From the human T2T-CHM13v2.0 reference genome, Homo sapiens: a DNA stretch of 64,000 bases. The notes under the pieces were generated by a model that ran no database searches, was not told the origin of the DNA, and was given only the letters and a program-made list of their open reading frames with translations. Numbering within the stretch: position 1 is the stretch's first letter; every line of letters starts with the position of its first letter. The DNA lies in NCBI RefSeq assembly GCF_009914755.1, contig NC_060943.1; one strand, 5' to 3'. Position numbers and translations under genes: made by a program. Positions 27,704-42,177 of this stretch are shown here, piece after piece.

Positions 27704-30700
27704 TATTCTGTAAAACTCCTTTGTGATGTTTGCATTCAACTCAGAAAGTTGAACTTCTCTTTATATAGTCCAGTTTTCAAACACTATTTTTGTAGAATCT
27801 GCAAGTGGATACTGGGACTGCTTTGAGGCCTTCGTTGGAAACGGGATTATCTTCACATAAAAACTAGACTGAAGGATTCTTAGAAACTTCTTTGTGATGT
27901 GTGCATTCAACTCACCGAGTGGAACCTCACTTTTGATAGAGCAGTGTTGAAAGACACTTGTTGTAGAATCTGCAGGTGGATATTTGGAGTGCTTTGAAGC
28001 CTTCCTTGGAAACGGGAATATCTTCACATAAAAACTAGACATAAGCATTCTCAGAAACTCCTTTGTGATCTGTCCATTCAGCTCACAGAGTTGAACCTTC
28101 CTTTTGATAGAGCAGTTTTGAAACACTCTTTCTGTAGAGTCTGCAAGTGGATATCAGGAGCGCTTTGAGGCCTATGGTAGAAAAAGAAATATCTGCATAT
28201 AAAAACTAGACAGAAGCATTCTGAGAAACTTCTTTGTGATGTTTGCATTCAACTACCAGAGTTGAACCTTCCTTTTGATAGAGCAGTTTTGAAACACTCT
28301 TTGTGTAGAATCTGCATGTGGATATCTGGAGCGATTTGAGGCCTATGGTCAAAAAGGAAATATCTTCCTATGAAAAACAGACAAAAGCATTCTCAGAAAC
28401 TACTTAGAGATATGTGCATTCAACTCACAGAGTTGAAACTTTTTTTTGATAGAGCAGTTTTGAAACACTCTGTAGAATCTGAAAGTGGATATTTGGAGCT
28501 ATTTGAGGGCTATGGTGGAAAAGAAAATATATTCCCATTAAACTAGACAGAAGCATCCTCAGAAACTTCTTTATGATGTTTGCATTAAACTCACAGAGTT
28601 GAACATACCTTTCCATAGAGCAGTTTTGAAACACTCTTTTTGGGGAATCCGCAAGTGGATATTTGGACCGCTTTGAGACCTTTGCTGGAAATGGGAATAT
28701 CTTCACATATAAACTAGACAGAAGCATTCTCGGAAACTTCTTCGTGATGTGTGCATTCTGCTCCCAAAGTTGAACCTTCCTTTTCATAAAGCAGTTTTGA
28801 AACACTCTTTTGTACAATCTACCATTGGATATGTGGAAGGCTTTGATGCCCATGGTAGAAAAGGAAACATCCTCATATAAAATCTAGACAGAAGGATTCA
28901 CAGAAACTGCTGTGTGATGTGTGCATCCAAATCACGGAGTTGAACTTTTCTTTTGTTAGAGCAGTTTTGAAACCCTGTTTCCGTGGAATCTGCCAGTGGA
29001 CATTTGGAGCGCATTGAGGGCTATGGTGGAGAAGGAAATATCTTCACATAAAAACTAGAAAGAAGCATTCTCAGAAACATCTATGTGAAGTGTGCATTCA
29101 ACTCACAGAGTTGAACCTTCCTTTTGATAGAAGAGTTTTGAAACACTCTTTTGTACAATTGCAGGTGAATATTTGGAGCGCTTTGAAGCCTTTGTTGGAA
29201 ATGGGAATATCCTCACATAAAAACTAGCCAGAAGCATTCTCAGAAACTTCTTTGTGATGTGTGCATTGAACCCAGAGAGATGAACCGTTCCTTTGAGAGA
29301 GCAGTTTTGAAACGTGTTTTTGTAAGATCTGCAAGTGGATATTTGGGGCGCTTTGAGTCCTTAGGTGGAAACGGGAATATCTTCGAATAAAAACTAGACA
29401 GAATTATTCTCAGAATCTTCTTTGTGATGTGGGCATTCAACTAACACAGTTGAACATTTCTTTTGACAGAGCAGTTCTGAAACACTCTTTTTGTAGAATC
29501 CGCCAGTGGATATTTGGAGCGCTTTGAGGGCTATTGTGCAAATGGAAATATCTTCACCTAAAAACTAGACCGAAGCAATCCCAGAAACTACTTTGTGATG
29601 TTTGCATTCAACTCACAGAGTTGAACCTACCTCTTCATAGGGCAGTTTGGAAAACCTCTTTTTGTAGAATCTGCAAGTGGATATTTGGACCACTTTGAGG
29701 CCTTCATAGGAAACAGTACTATCTTCACATAAAAACTAGGTAGAAGAATTCTCAGAAAGTTCTTTGTGATGTGTGAATTCAACTCACAGAGTTGAACCTT
29801 CCTTTAATAGAGCAGTTTTGAAACACTCTTTTTGTAGAATCTGCCAGTAGATATTTGGAGCGCTTTGAGGCCTTCGTTGGAAACCGGAATATCTTCACAT
29901 AAAAAGTAGATAGAGGCATTCTCAGAAACTTTTTTGTGACATGTAGATTCAACTCACAGCGCTGAACCTTTCTTTTGATAGAGCAGTTTTGAAAAACTCT
30001 TTTATCGAATCTGCAAGTAGACATTTGGAGTGCTTTGAGGGCTGTGGTCGAAAAGGAAATATCTTCACATAGAAACTAGACTGAAGCATTCTCAGCAACT
30101 TCTTTGTGACGTTTGCATTCATCTCACAGTGTTGAACATACCTTTTCATAGAGCAGTTTTGAAACACTATTTTTGTAGTATCTGCAAGTGGATATTTGGA
30201 CTGCTTTGAGGCCTTCATTGGAAACGGGAATATCTTCACATAAACACTAGACAGAAGCATTCTCTGAAACTTCTTTGTGATGTGTGTATTCAACTCACAG
30301 AGTTGAACCATCTTTTTTATGGAGCGGTTTTGAAACAGTGTTTTTGTAGAATCAGCAAGTGGATATTGGGAGCGCTTTGAGGCCTCTGGTGGAAAGGGAA
30401 TGTCTTCACATAAAAACTGGACAGAAGCATTCTCAGAAACATCTTTGTGATGTTTGCATTCAACTCACAGAGTTGATCCTTCCTTTTAATAGGGCAGTTT
30501 TGCAACACTCTTTTTGTACAATGCACCAGTGGGCTTTTGGAGCACGTCAAGGGCTATGGTGAAAAAGGAAATATCTTCACATAAAAACTAGACAGAAGTA
30601 TTCTGTAAAACTCCTTTGTGATGTTTGCATTCAACTCAGAAAGTTGAACTTCTCTTTATATAGTCCAGTTTTCAAACACTATTTTTGTAGAATCTGCAAG

Positions 30701-33700
30701 TGGATACTGGGACTGCTTTGAGGCCTTCGTTGGAAACGGGATTATCTTCACATAGAAACTAGACTGAAGGATTCTTAGAAACTTCTTTGTGATGTGTGCA
30801 TTCAACTCACCGAGTGGAACCTCACTTTTGATAGAGCAGTGTTGAAAGACACTTGTTGTAGAATCTGCAGGTGGATATTTGGAGTGCTTTGAAGCCTTCC
30901 TTGGAAACGGGAATATCTTCACATAAAAACTAGACATAAGCATTCTCAGAAACTCCTTTGTGATCTGTCCATTCAGCTCACAGAGTTGAACCTTCCTTTT
31001 GATAGAGCAGTTTTGAAACACTCTTTCTGTAGAGTCTGCAAGTGGATATCAGGAGCGCTTTGAGGCCTATGGTAGAAAAAGAAATATCTGCATATAAAAA
31101 CTAGACAGAAGCATTCTGAGAAACTTCTTTGTGATGTTTGCATTCAACTACCAGAGTTGAACCTTCCTTTTGATAGAGCAGTTTTGAAACACTCTTTGTG
31201 TAGAATCTGCATGTGGATATCAGGAGCGCTTTGAGGCCTATGGCAGAAAAAGAAATATCTGGCTCTAAAATCTAGACAGAAGCATTCTGAGAAACTTCTT
31301 TGTGATGTTTGCATTCAACTACCAGAGTTGAACCTTCCTTTTGATAGAGCAGTTTTGAAACACTCTTTGTGTAGAATCTGCATGTTGATATCTGGAGCGA
31401 TTTGAGGCCTATGGTCAAAAAGGAAATATCTTCCTATGAAAAACAGACAAAAGCATTCTCAGAAACTACTTTGAGATATGTGCATTCAACTCACAGAGTT
31501 GAAACTTTTTTTTGATAGAGCAGTTTTGAAACACTCTGTAGAATCTGAAAGTGGATATTTGGAGCTATTTGAGGGCTATGGTGGAAAAGAAAATATATTC
31601 CCATTAAACTAGACAGAAGCATCCTCAGAAACTTCTTTATGATGTTTGCATTAAACTCACAGAGTTGAACATACCTTTCCATAGAGCAGTTTTGAAACAC
31701 TCTTTTTGGGGAATCCGCAAGTGGATATTTGGACCGCTTTGAGACCTTTGCTGGAAATGGGAATATCTTCACATATAAACTAGACAGAAGCATTCTCGGA
31801 AACTTCTTCGTGATGTGTGCATTCTGCTCCCAAAGTTGAACCTTCCTCTTCATAAAGCAGTTTTGAAACACTCTTTTGTACAATCTACCATTGGATATGT
31901 GGAAGGCTTTGATGCCCATGGTAGAAAAGGATACATCCTCATATAAAATCTAGACAGAAGGATTCACAGAAACTGCTGTGTGATGTGTGCATCCAAATCA
32001 CGGAGTTGAACTTTTCTTTTGTTAGAGCAGTTTTGAAACCCTGTTTCCGTGGAATCTGCCAGTGGACATTTGGAGCGCATTGAGGGCTATGGTGGAGAAG
32101 GAAATATCTTCACATAAAAACTAGAAAGAAGCATTCTCAGAAACATCTATGTGAAGTGTGCATTCAACTCACAGAGTTGAACCTTCCTTTTGATAGAAGA
32201 GTTTTGAAACACTCTTTTGTACAATTGCAGGTGAATATTTGGAGCGCTTTGAAGCCTTTGTTGGAAATGGGAATATCCTCACATAAAAACTAGCCAGAAG
32301 CATTCTCAGAAACTTCTTTGTGATGTGTGCATTGAACCCAGAGAGATGAACCGTTCCTTTGAGAGAGCAGTTTTGAAACGTGTTTTTGTAAGATCTGCAA
32401 GTGGATATTTGGGGCGCTTTGAGTCCTTAGGTGGAAACGGGAATATCTTCGAATAAAAACTAGACAGAATTATTCTCAGAATCTTCTTTGTGATGTGGGC
32501 ATTCAACTAACACAGTTGAACATTTCTTTTGACAGAGCAGTTCTGAAACACTCTTTTTGTAGAATCCGCCAGTGGATATTTGGAGCGCTTTGAGGGCTAT
32601 TGTGCAAATGGAAATATCTTCACCTAAAAACTAGACCGAAGCAATCCCAGAAACTACTTTGTGATGTTTGCATTCAACTCACAGAGTTGAACCTACCTCT
32701 TCATAGAGCAGTTTGGAAAACCTCTTTTTGTAGAATCTGCAAGTGGATATTCGGACCACTTTGAGGCCTTCATAGGAAACAGTACTATCTTCACATAAAA
32801 ACTAGGTAGAAGCATTCTCAGAAACTTCTTTGTGATGTGTGAATTCAACTCACAGAGTTGAACCTTCCTTTAATAGAGCAGTTTTGAAACACTCTTTTTG
32901 TAGAATCTGCCAGTAGATATTTGGAGCGCTTTGAGGCCTTCGTTGGAAACCGGAATATCTTCACATAAAAAGTAGATAGAGGCATTCTCAGAAACTTTTT
33001 TGTGATATGTAGATTCAACTCACAGCGTTGAACCTTTCTTTTGATAGAGCAGTTTTGAAAAACTCTTTTATCGAATCTGCAAGTAGACATTTGGAGTGCT
33101 TTGAGGGCTGTGGTCGAAAAGGAAATATCTTCACATAGAAACTAGACTGAAGCATTCTCAGCAACTTCTTTGTGACGTTTGCATTCATCTCACAGTGTTG
33201 AACATACCTTTTCATAGAGCAGTTTTGAAACACTATTTTTGTAGTATCTGCAAGTGGATATTTGGACTGCTTTGAGGCCTTCATTGGAAACGGGAATATC
33301 TTCACATAAACACTAGACAGAAGCATTCTCTGAAACTTCTTTGTGATGTGTGTATTCAACTCACAGAGTTGAACCATCTTTTTTATGGAGCGGTTTTGAA
33401 ACAGTGTTTTTGTAGAATCAGCAAGTGGATATTGGGAGCGCTTTGAGGCCTCTGGTGGAAAGGGAATGTCTTCACATAAAAACTGGACAGAAGTATTCTC
33501 AGAAACATCTTTGTGATGTTTGCATTCAACTCACAGAGTTGATCCTTCCTTTTAATAGGGCAGTTTTGCAACACTCTTTTTGTAGAATGCACCAGTGGGC
33601 TTTTGGAGCACGTCAAGGGCTATGGTGAAAAAGGAAATATCTTCACATAAAAACTAGACGGAAGTATTCTGTAAAACTCCTTTGTGATGTTTGCATTCAA

Positions 33701-36700
33701 CTCAGAAAGTTGAACTTCTCTTTATATAGTCCAGTTTTCAAACACTATTTTTGTAGCATCTGCAAGTGGATACTGGGACTGCTTTGAGGCCTTCGTTGGA
33801 AACGGGATTACCTTCACATAGAAACTAGACTGAAGGATTCTTAGAAACTTCTTTGTGATGTGTGCATTCAACTCACCGAGTGGAACCTCACTTTTGATAG
33901 AGCAGTGTTGAAAGACACTTGTTGTAGAATCTGCAGGTGGATATTTGGAGTGCTTTGAAGACTTCCTTGGAAACGGGAATATCTTCACATAAAAACTAGA
34001 CATAAGCATTCTCAGAAACCCCTTTGTGATCTGTCCATTCAGCTCACAGAGTTGAACCTTCCTTTTGATAGAGCAGTTTTGAAACACTCTTTCTGTAGAG
34101 TCTGCAAGTGGATATCAGGAGCGCTTTGAGGCCTATGGTAGAAAAAGAAATATCTGCATATAAAAACTAGACAGAAGCATTCTGAGAAACTTCTTTGTGA
34201 TGTTTGCATTCAACTACCAGAGTTGAACCTTCCTTTTGATAGAGCAGTTTTGAAACACTCTTTGTGTAGAATCTGCATGTGGATATCTGGAGCGATTTGA
34301 GGCCTATGGTCAAAAAGGAAATATCTTCCTATGAAAAACTGACAAAAGCATTCTCAGAAACTACTTTGAGATATGTGCATTCAACTCACAGAGTTGAAAC
34401 TTTTTTTTGATAGAGCAGTTTTGAAACACTCTGTAGAATCTGAAAGTGGATATTTGGAGCTATTTGAGGGCTATGGTGGAAAAGAAAATATATTCCCATT
34501 AAACTAGACAGAACCATCCTCAGAAACTTCTTTATGATGTTTGCATTAAACTCACAGAGTTGAACATACCTTTCCATAGAGCAGTTTTGAAACACTCTTT
34601 TTGGGGAATCCGCAAGTGGATATTTGGACCGCTTTGAGACCTTTGCTGGAAATGGGAATATCTTCACATATAAACTAGACAGAAGCATTCTCGGAAACTT
34701 CTTCGTGATGTGTGCATTCTGCTCCCAAAGTTGAACCTTCCTCTTCATAAAGCAGTTTTGAAACACTCTTTTGTACAATCTACCATTGGATATGTGGAAG
34801 GCTTTGATGCCCATGGTAGAAAAGGATACATCCTCATATAAAATCTAGACAGAAAGATTCACAGAAACTGCTGTGTGATGTGTGCATCCAAATCACGGAG
34901 TTGAACTTTTCTTTTGTTAGAGCAGTTTTGAAACCCTGTTTCCGTGGAATCTGCCAGTGGACATTTGGAGCGCATTGAGGGCTATGGTGGAGAAGGAAAT
35001 ATCTTCACATAAAAACTAGAAAGAAGCATTCTCAGAAACATCTATGTGAAGTGTGCATTCAACTCACAGAGTTGAACCTTCCTTTTGATAGAAGAGTTTT
35101 GAAACACTCTTTTGTACAATTGCAGGTGAATATTTGGAGCGCTTTGAAGCCTTTGTTGGAAATGGGAATATCCTCACATAAAAACTAGCCAGAAGCATTC
35201 TCAGAAACTTCTTTGTGATGTGTGCATTGAACCCAGAGAGATGAACCGTTCCTTTGAGAGAGCAGTTTTGAAACGTGTTTTTGTAAGATCTGCAAGTGGA
35301 TATTTGGGGCGCTTTGAGTCCTTAGGTGGAAACGGGAATATCTTCGAATAAAAACTAGACAGAATTATCTCAGAATCTTCTTTGTGATGTGGGCATTCAA
35401 CTAACACAGTTGAACATTTCTTTTGACAGAGCAGTTCTGAAACACTCTTTTTGTAGAATCCGCCAGTGGATATTTGGAGCGCTTTGAGGGCTATTGTGCA
35501 AATGGAAATATCTTCACCTAAAAACTAGACCGAAGCAATCCCAGAAACTACTTTGTGATGTTTGCATTCAACTCACAGAGTTGAACCTACCTCTTCATAG
35601 AGCAGTTTGGAAAACCTCTTTTTGTAGAATCTGCAAGTGGATATTCGGACCACTTTGAGGCCTTCATAGGAAACAGTACTATCTTCACATAAAAACTAGG
35701 TAGAAGCATTCTCAGAAACTTCTTTGTGATGTGTGAATTCAACTCACAGAGTTGAACCTTCCTTTAATAGAGCAGTTTTGAAACACTCTTTTTGTAGAAT
35801 CTGCCAGTAGATATTTGGAGCGCTTTGAGGCCTTCGTTGGAAACCGGAATATCTTCACATAAAAAGTAGATAGAGGCATTCTCAGAAACTTTTTTGTGAT
35901 ATGTAGATTCAACTCACAGCGTTGAACCTTTCTTTTGATAGAGCAGTTTTGAAAAACTCTTTTATCGAATCTGCAAGTAGACATTTGGAGTGCTTTGAGG
36001 GCTGTGGTCGAAAAGGAAATATCTTCACATAGAAACTAGACTGAAGCATTCTCAGCAACTTCTTTGTGACGTTTGCATTCATCTCACAGTGTTGAACATA
36101 CCTTTTCATAGAGCAGTTTTGAAACACTATTTTTGTAGTATCTGCAAGTGGATATTTGGACTGCTTTGAGGCCTTCATTGGAAACGGGAATATCTTCACA
36201 TAAACACTAGACAGAAGCATTCTCTGAAACTTCTTTGTGATGTGTGTATTCAACTCACAGAGTTGAACCATCTTTTTTATGGAGCGGTTTTGAAACAGTG
36301 TTTTTGTAGAATCAGCAAGTGGATATTGGGAGCGCTTTGAGGCCTCTGGTGGAAAGGGAATGTCTTCACATAAAAACTGGACAGAAGCATTCTCAGAAAC
36401 ATCTTTGTGATGTTTGCATTCAACTCACAGAGTTGATCCTTCCTTTTAATAGGGCAGTTTTGCAACACTCTTTTTGTAGAATGCACCAGTGGGCTTTTGG
36501 AGCACGTCAAGGGCTATGGTGAAAAAGGAAATATCTTCTCATAAAAACTAGACTGAAGTATTCTGTAAAACTCCTTTGTGATGTTTGCATTCAACTCAGA
36601 AAGTTGAACTTCTCTTTATATAGTCCAGTTTTCAAACACTATTTTTGTAGCATCTGCAAGTGGATACTGGGACTGCTTTGAGGCCTTCGTTGGAAACGGG

Positions 36701-39453
36701 ATTACCTTCACATAGAAACTAGACTGAAGGATTCTTAGAAACTTCTTTGTGATGTGTGCATTCAACTCACCGAGTGGAACCTCACTTTTGATAGAGCAGT
36801 GTTGAAAGACACTTGTTGTAGAATCTGCAGGTGGATATTTGGAGTGCTTTGAAGCCTTCCTTGGAAACGGGAATATCTTCACATAAAAACTAGACATAAG
36901 CATTCTCAGAAACCCCTTTGTGATCTGTCCATTCAGCTCACAGAGTTGAACCTTCCTTTTGATAGAGCAGTTTTGAAACACTCTTTCTGTAGAGTCTGCA
37001 AGTGGATATCAGGAGCGCTTTGAGGCCTATGGTAGAAAAAGAAATATCTGCATATAAAAACTAGACAGAAGCATTCTGAGAAACTTCTTTGTGATGTTTG
37101 CATTCAACTACCAGAGTTGAACCTTCCTTTTGATAGAGCAGTTTTGAAACACTCTTTGTGTAGAATCTGCATGTGGATATCTGGAGCGATTTGAGGCCTA
37201 TGGTCAAAAAGGAAATATCTTCCTATGAAAAACTGACAAAAGCATTCTCAGAAACTACTTTGAGATATGTGCATTCAACTCACAGAGTTGAAACTTTTTT
37301 TTGATAGAGCAGTTTTGAAACACTCTGTAGAATCTGAAAGTGGATATTTGGAGCTATTTGAGGGCTATGGTGGAAAAGAAAATATATTCCCATTAAACTA
37401 GACAGAAGCATCCTCAGAAACTTCTTTATGATGTTTGCATTAAACTCACAGAGTTGAACATACCTTTCCATAGAGCAGTTTTGAAACACTCTTTTTGGGG
37501 AATCCGCAAGTGGATATTTGGACCGCTTTGAGACCTTTGCTGGAAATGGGAATATCTTCACATATAAACTAGACAGAAGCATTCTCGGAAACTTCTTCGT
37601 GATGTCTGCATTCTGCTCCCAAAGTTGAACCTTCCTTTTCATAAAGCAGTTTTGAAACACTCTTTTGTACAATCTACCATTGGATATGTGGAAGGCTTTG
37701 ATGCCCATGGTAGAAAAGGATACATCCTCATATAAAATCTAGACAGAAGGATTCACAGAAACTGCTGTGTGATGTGTGCATCCAAATCACGGAGTTGAAC
37801 TTTTCTTTTGTTAGAGCAGTTTTGAAACCCTGTTTCCGTGGAATCTGCCAGTGGACATTTGGAGCGCATTGAGGGCTATGGTGGAGAAGGAAATATCTTC
37901 ACATAAAAACTAGAAAGAAGCATTCTCAGAAACATCTATGTGAAGTGTGCATTCAACTCACAGAGTTGAACCTTCCTTTTGATAGAAGAGTTTTGAAACA
38001 CTCTTTTGTACAATTGCAGGTGAATATTTGGAGCGCTTTGAAGCCTTTGTTGGAAATGGGAATATCCTCACATAAAAACTAGCCAGAAGCATTCTCAGAA
38101 ACTTCTTTGTGATGTGTGCATTGAACCCAGAGAGATGAACCGTTCCTTTGAGAGAGCAGTTTTGAAACGTGTTTTTGTAAGATCTGCAAGTGGATATTTG
38201 GGGCGCTTTGAGTCCTTAGGTGGAAACGGGAATATCTTCGAATAAAAACTAGACAGAATGATTCTCAGAATCTTCTTTGTGATGTGGGCATTCAACTAAC
38301 ACAGTTGAACATTTGTTTTGACAGAGCAGTTCTGAAACACTCTTTTTGTAGAATCCGCCAGTGGATATTTGGAGCGCTTTGAGGGCTATTGTGCAAATGG
38401 AAATATCTTCACCTAAAAACTAGACCGAAGCAATCCCAGAAACTACTTTGTGATGTTTGCATTCAACTCACAGAGTTGAACCTACCTCTTCATAGAGCAG
38501 TTTGGAAAACCTCTTTTTGTAGAATCTGCAAGTGGATATTTGGACCACATTGAGGCCTTCATAGGAAACAGTACTATCTTCACATAAAAACTAGGTAGAA
38601 GCATTCTCAGAAACTTCTTTGTGATGTGTGAATTCAACTCACAGAGTTGAACCTTCCTTTAATAGAGCAGTTTTGAAACACTCTTTTTGTAGAATCTGCC
38701 AGTAGATATTTGGAGCGCTTTGAGGCCTTCGTTGGAAACCGGAATATCTTCACATAAAAAGTAGATAGAGGCATTCTCAGAAACTTTTTTGTGATATGTA
38801 GATTCAACTCACAGCGCTGAACCTTTCTTTTGATAGAGCAGTTTTGAAAAACTCTTTTATCGAATCTGCAAGTAGACATTTGGAGTGCTTTGAGGGCTGT
38901 GGTCGAAAAGGAAATATCTTCACATAGAAACTAGACTGAAGCATTCTCAGCAACTTCTTTGTGACGTTTGCATTCATCTCACAGTGTTGAACATACCTTT
39001 TCATAGAGCAGTTTTGAAACACTATTTTTGTAGTATCTGCAAGTGGATATTTGGACTGCTTTGAGGCCTTCATTGGAAACGGGAATATCTTCACATAAAC
39101 ACTAGACAGAAGCATTCTCTGAAACTTCTTTGTGATGTGTGTATTCAACTCACAGAGATGAACCATCTTTTTTATGGAGCGGTTTTGAAACAGTGTTTTT
39201 GTAGAATCAGCAAGTGGATATTGGGAGCGCTTTGAGGCCTCTGGTGGAAAGGGAATGTCTTCACATAAAAACTGGACAGAAGCATTCTCAGAAACATCTT
39301 TGTGATGTTTGCATTCAACTCACAGAGTTGATCCTTCCTTTTAATAGGGCAGTTTTGCAACACTCTTTTTGTAGAATGCACCAGTGGGCTTTTGGAGCAC
39401 GTCAAGGGCTATGGTGAAAAAGGAAATATCTTCACATAAAAACTAGACAGAAG

Positions 39454-42177
39454 TATTCTGTAAAACTCCTTTGTGATGTTTGCATTCAACTCAGAAAGTT
39501 GAACTTCTCTTTATATAGTCCAGTTTTCAAACACTATTTTTGTAGAATCTGCAAGTGGATAGTGGGACTGCTTTGAGGCCTTCATTGGAAACGGGATTAT
39601 CTTCACATAAAAACTAGACATAAGCATTCTCAGAAACTCCTTTGTGATCTGTCCATTCAGCTCACAGAGTTGAACCTTCCTTTTGATAGAGCAGTTTTGA
39701 AACACTCTTTCTGTAGAGTCTGCAAGTGGATATCAGGAGCGCTTTGTGGCCTATGGTAGAAAAAGAAATAACTGCATATAAAAACTAGACAGAAGCATTC
39801 TGAGAAACTTCTTTGTGATGTTTGCATTCAACTACCAGAGTTGAACCTTCCTTTTGATAGAGCAGTTTTGAAACACTCTTTGTGTAGAATCTGCATGTGG
39901 ATATCTGGAGCGATTTGAGGCCTATGGTCAAAAAGGAAATATCTTCCTATGAAAAACAGACAAAAGCATTCTCAGAAACTACTTTGAGATATGTGCATTC
40001 AACTCACAGAGTTGAAACTTTTTTTTGATAGAGCAGTTTTGAAACACTCTGTAGAATCTGAAAGTGGATATTTGGAGCTATTTGAGGGCTATGGTGGAAA
40101 AGAAAATATATTCCCATTAAACTAGACAGAAGCATCCTCAGAAACTTCTTTATGATGTTTGCATTAAACTCACAGAGTTGAACATACCTTTCCATAGAGC
40201 AGTTTTGAAACACTCTTTTTGGGGAATCCGCAAGTGGATATTTGGACCGCTTTGAGACCTTTGCTGGAAATGGGAATATCTTCACATATAAACTAGACAG
40301 AAGCATTCTCGGAAACTTCTTCCTGATGTGTGCATTCTGCTCCCAAAGTTGAACCTTCCTCTTCATAAAGCAGTTTTGAAACACTCTTTTGTACAATCTA
40401 CCATTGGATATGTGGAAGGCTTTGATGCCCATGGTAGAAAAGGATACATCCTCATATAAAATCTAGACAGAAGGATTCACAGAAACTGCTGTGTGATGTG
40501 TGCATCCAAATCACGGAGTTGAACTTTTCTTTTGTTAGAGCAGTTTTGAAACCCTGTTTCCGTGGAATCTGCCAGTGGACATTTGGAGCACATTGAGGGC
40601 TATGGTGGAGAAGGAAATATCTTCACATAAAAACTAGAAAGAAGCATTCTCAGAAACATCTATGTGAAGTGTGCATTCAACTCACAGAGTTGAACCTTCC
40701 TTTTGATAGAAGAGTTTTGAAACACTCTTTTGTACAATTGCAGGTGAATATTTGGAGCGCTTTGAAGCCTTTGTTGGAAATGGGAATATCCTCACATAAA
40801 AACTAGCCAGAAACATTCTCAGAAACTTCTTTGTGATGTGTGCATTGAACCCAGAGAGATGAACCGTTCCCTTGAGAGAGCAGTTTTGAAACGTGTTTTT
40901 GTAAGATCTGCAAGTGGATATTTGGGGCGCTTTGAGTCCTTAGGTGGAAACGGGAATATCTTCGAATAAAAACTAGACAGAATTATTCTCAGAATCTTCT
41001 TTGTGATGTGGGCATTCAACTAACACAGTTGAACATTTCTTTTGACAGAGCAGTTCTGAAACACTCTTTTTGTAGAATCCGCCAGTGGATATTTGGAGCG
41101 CTTTGAGGGCTATTGTGCAAATGGAAATATCTTCACCTAAAAACTAGACCGAAGCAATCCCAGAAACTACTTTGTGATGTTTGCATTCAACTCACAGAGT
41201 TGAACCTACCTCTTCATAGAGCAGTTTGGAAAACCTCTTTTTGTAGAATCTGCAAGTGGATATTTGGACCACTTTGAGGCCTTCATAGGAAACAGTACTA
41301 TCTTCACATAAAAACTAGGTAGAAGCATTCTCAGAAACTTCTTTGTGATGTGTGAATTCAACTCACAGAGTTGAACCTTCCTTTAATACAGCAGTTTTGA
41401 AACACTCTTTTTGTAGAATCTGCCAGTAGATATTTGGAGCGCTTTGAGGCCTTCGTTGGAAACCGGAATATCTTCACATAAAAAGTAGATAGAGGCATTC
41501 TCAGAAACTTTTTTGTGATATGTAGATTCAACTCACAGCGCTGAACCTTTCTTTTGATAGAGCAGTTTTGAAAAACTCTTTTATCGAATCTGCAAGTAGA
41601 CATTTGGAGTGCTTTGAGGGCTGTGGTCGAAAAGGAAATATCTTCACATAGAAACTAGACTGAAGCATTCTCAGCAACTTCTTTGTGACGTTTGCATTCA
41701 TCTCACAGTGTTGAACATACCTTTTCATAGAGCAGTTTTGAAACACTATTTTTGTAGTATCTGCAAGTGGATATTTGGACTGCTTTGAGGCCTTCATTGG
41801 AAACGGGAATATCTTCACATAAACACTAGACAGAAGCATTCTCTGAAACTTCTTTGTGATGTGTGTATTCAACTCACAGAGTTGAACCATCTTTTTTATG
41901 GAGCGGTTTTGAAACAGTGTTTTTGTAGAATCAGCAAGTGGATATTGGGAGCGCTTTGAGGCCTCTGGTGGAAAGGGAATGTCTTCACATAAAAACTGGA
42001 CAGAAGCATTCTCAGAAACATCTTTGTGATGTTTGCATTCAACTCACAGAGTTGATCCTTCCTTTTAATAGGGCAGTTTTGCAACACTCTTTTTGTAGAA
42101 TGCACCAGTGGGCTTTTGGAGCACGTCAAGGGCTATGGTGAAAAAGGAAATATCTTCACATAAAAACTAGACAGAAG
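39454..42177 (+). repeat. 16-mer HOR variant (unit 8), monomer 1/2 fusion
   Basis: 2724 = 2895 - 171. At ~39590-39630 the monomer-1 sequence GGAAACGGGATTATCTTCAC joins directly to the monomer-2 end AAAACTAGACATAAGCATTCTCAG, and the monomer-2 body (CACCGAGTGGAACCTCAC) is absent. Confidence 0.95.
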
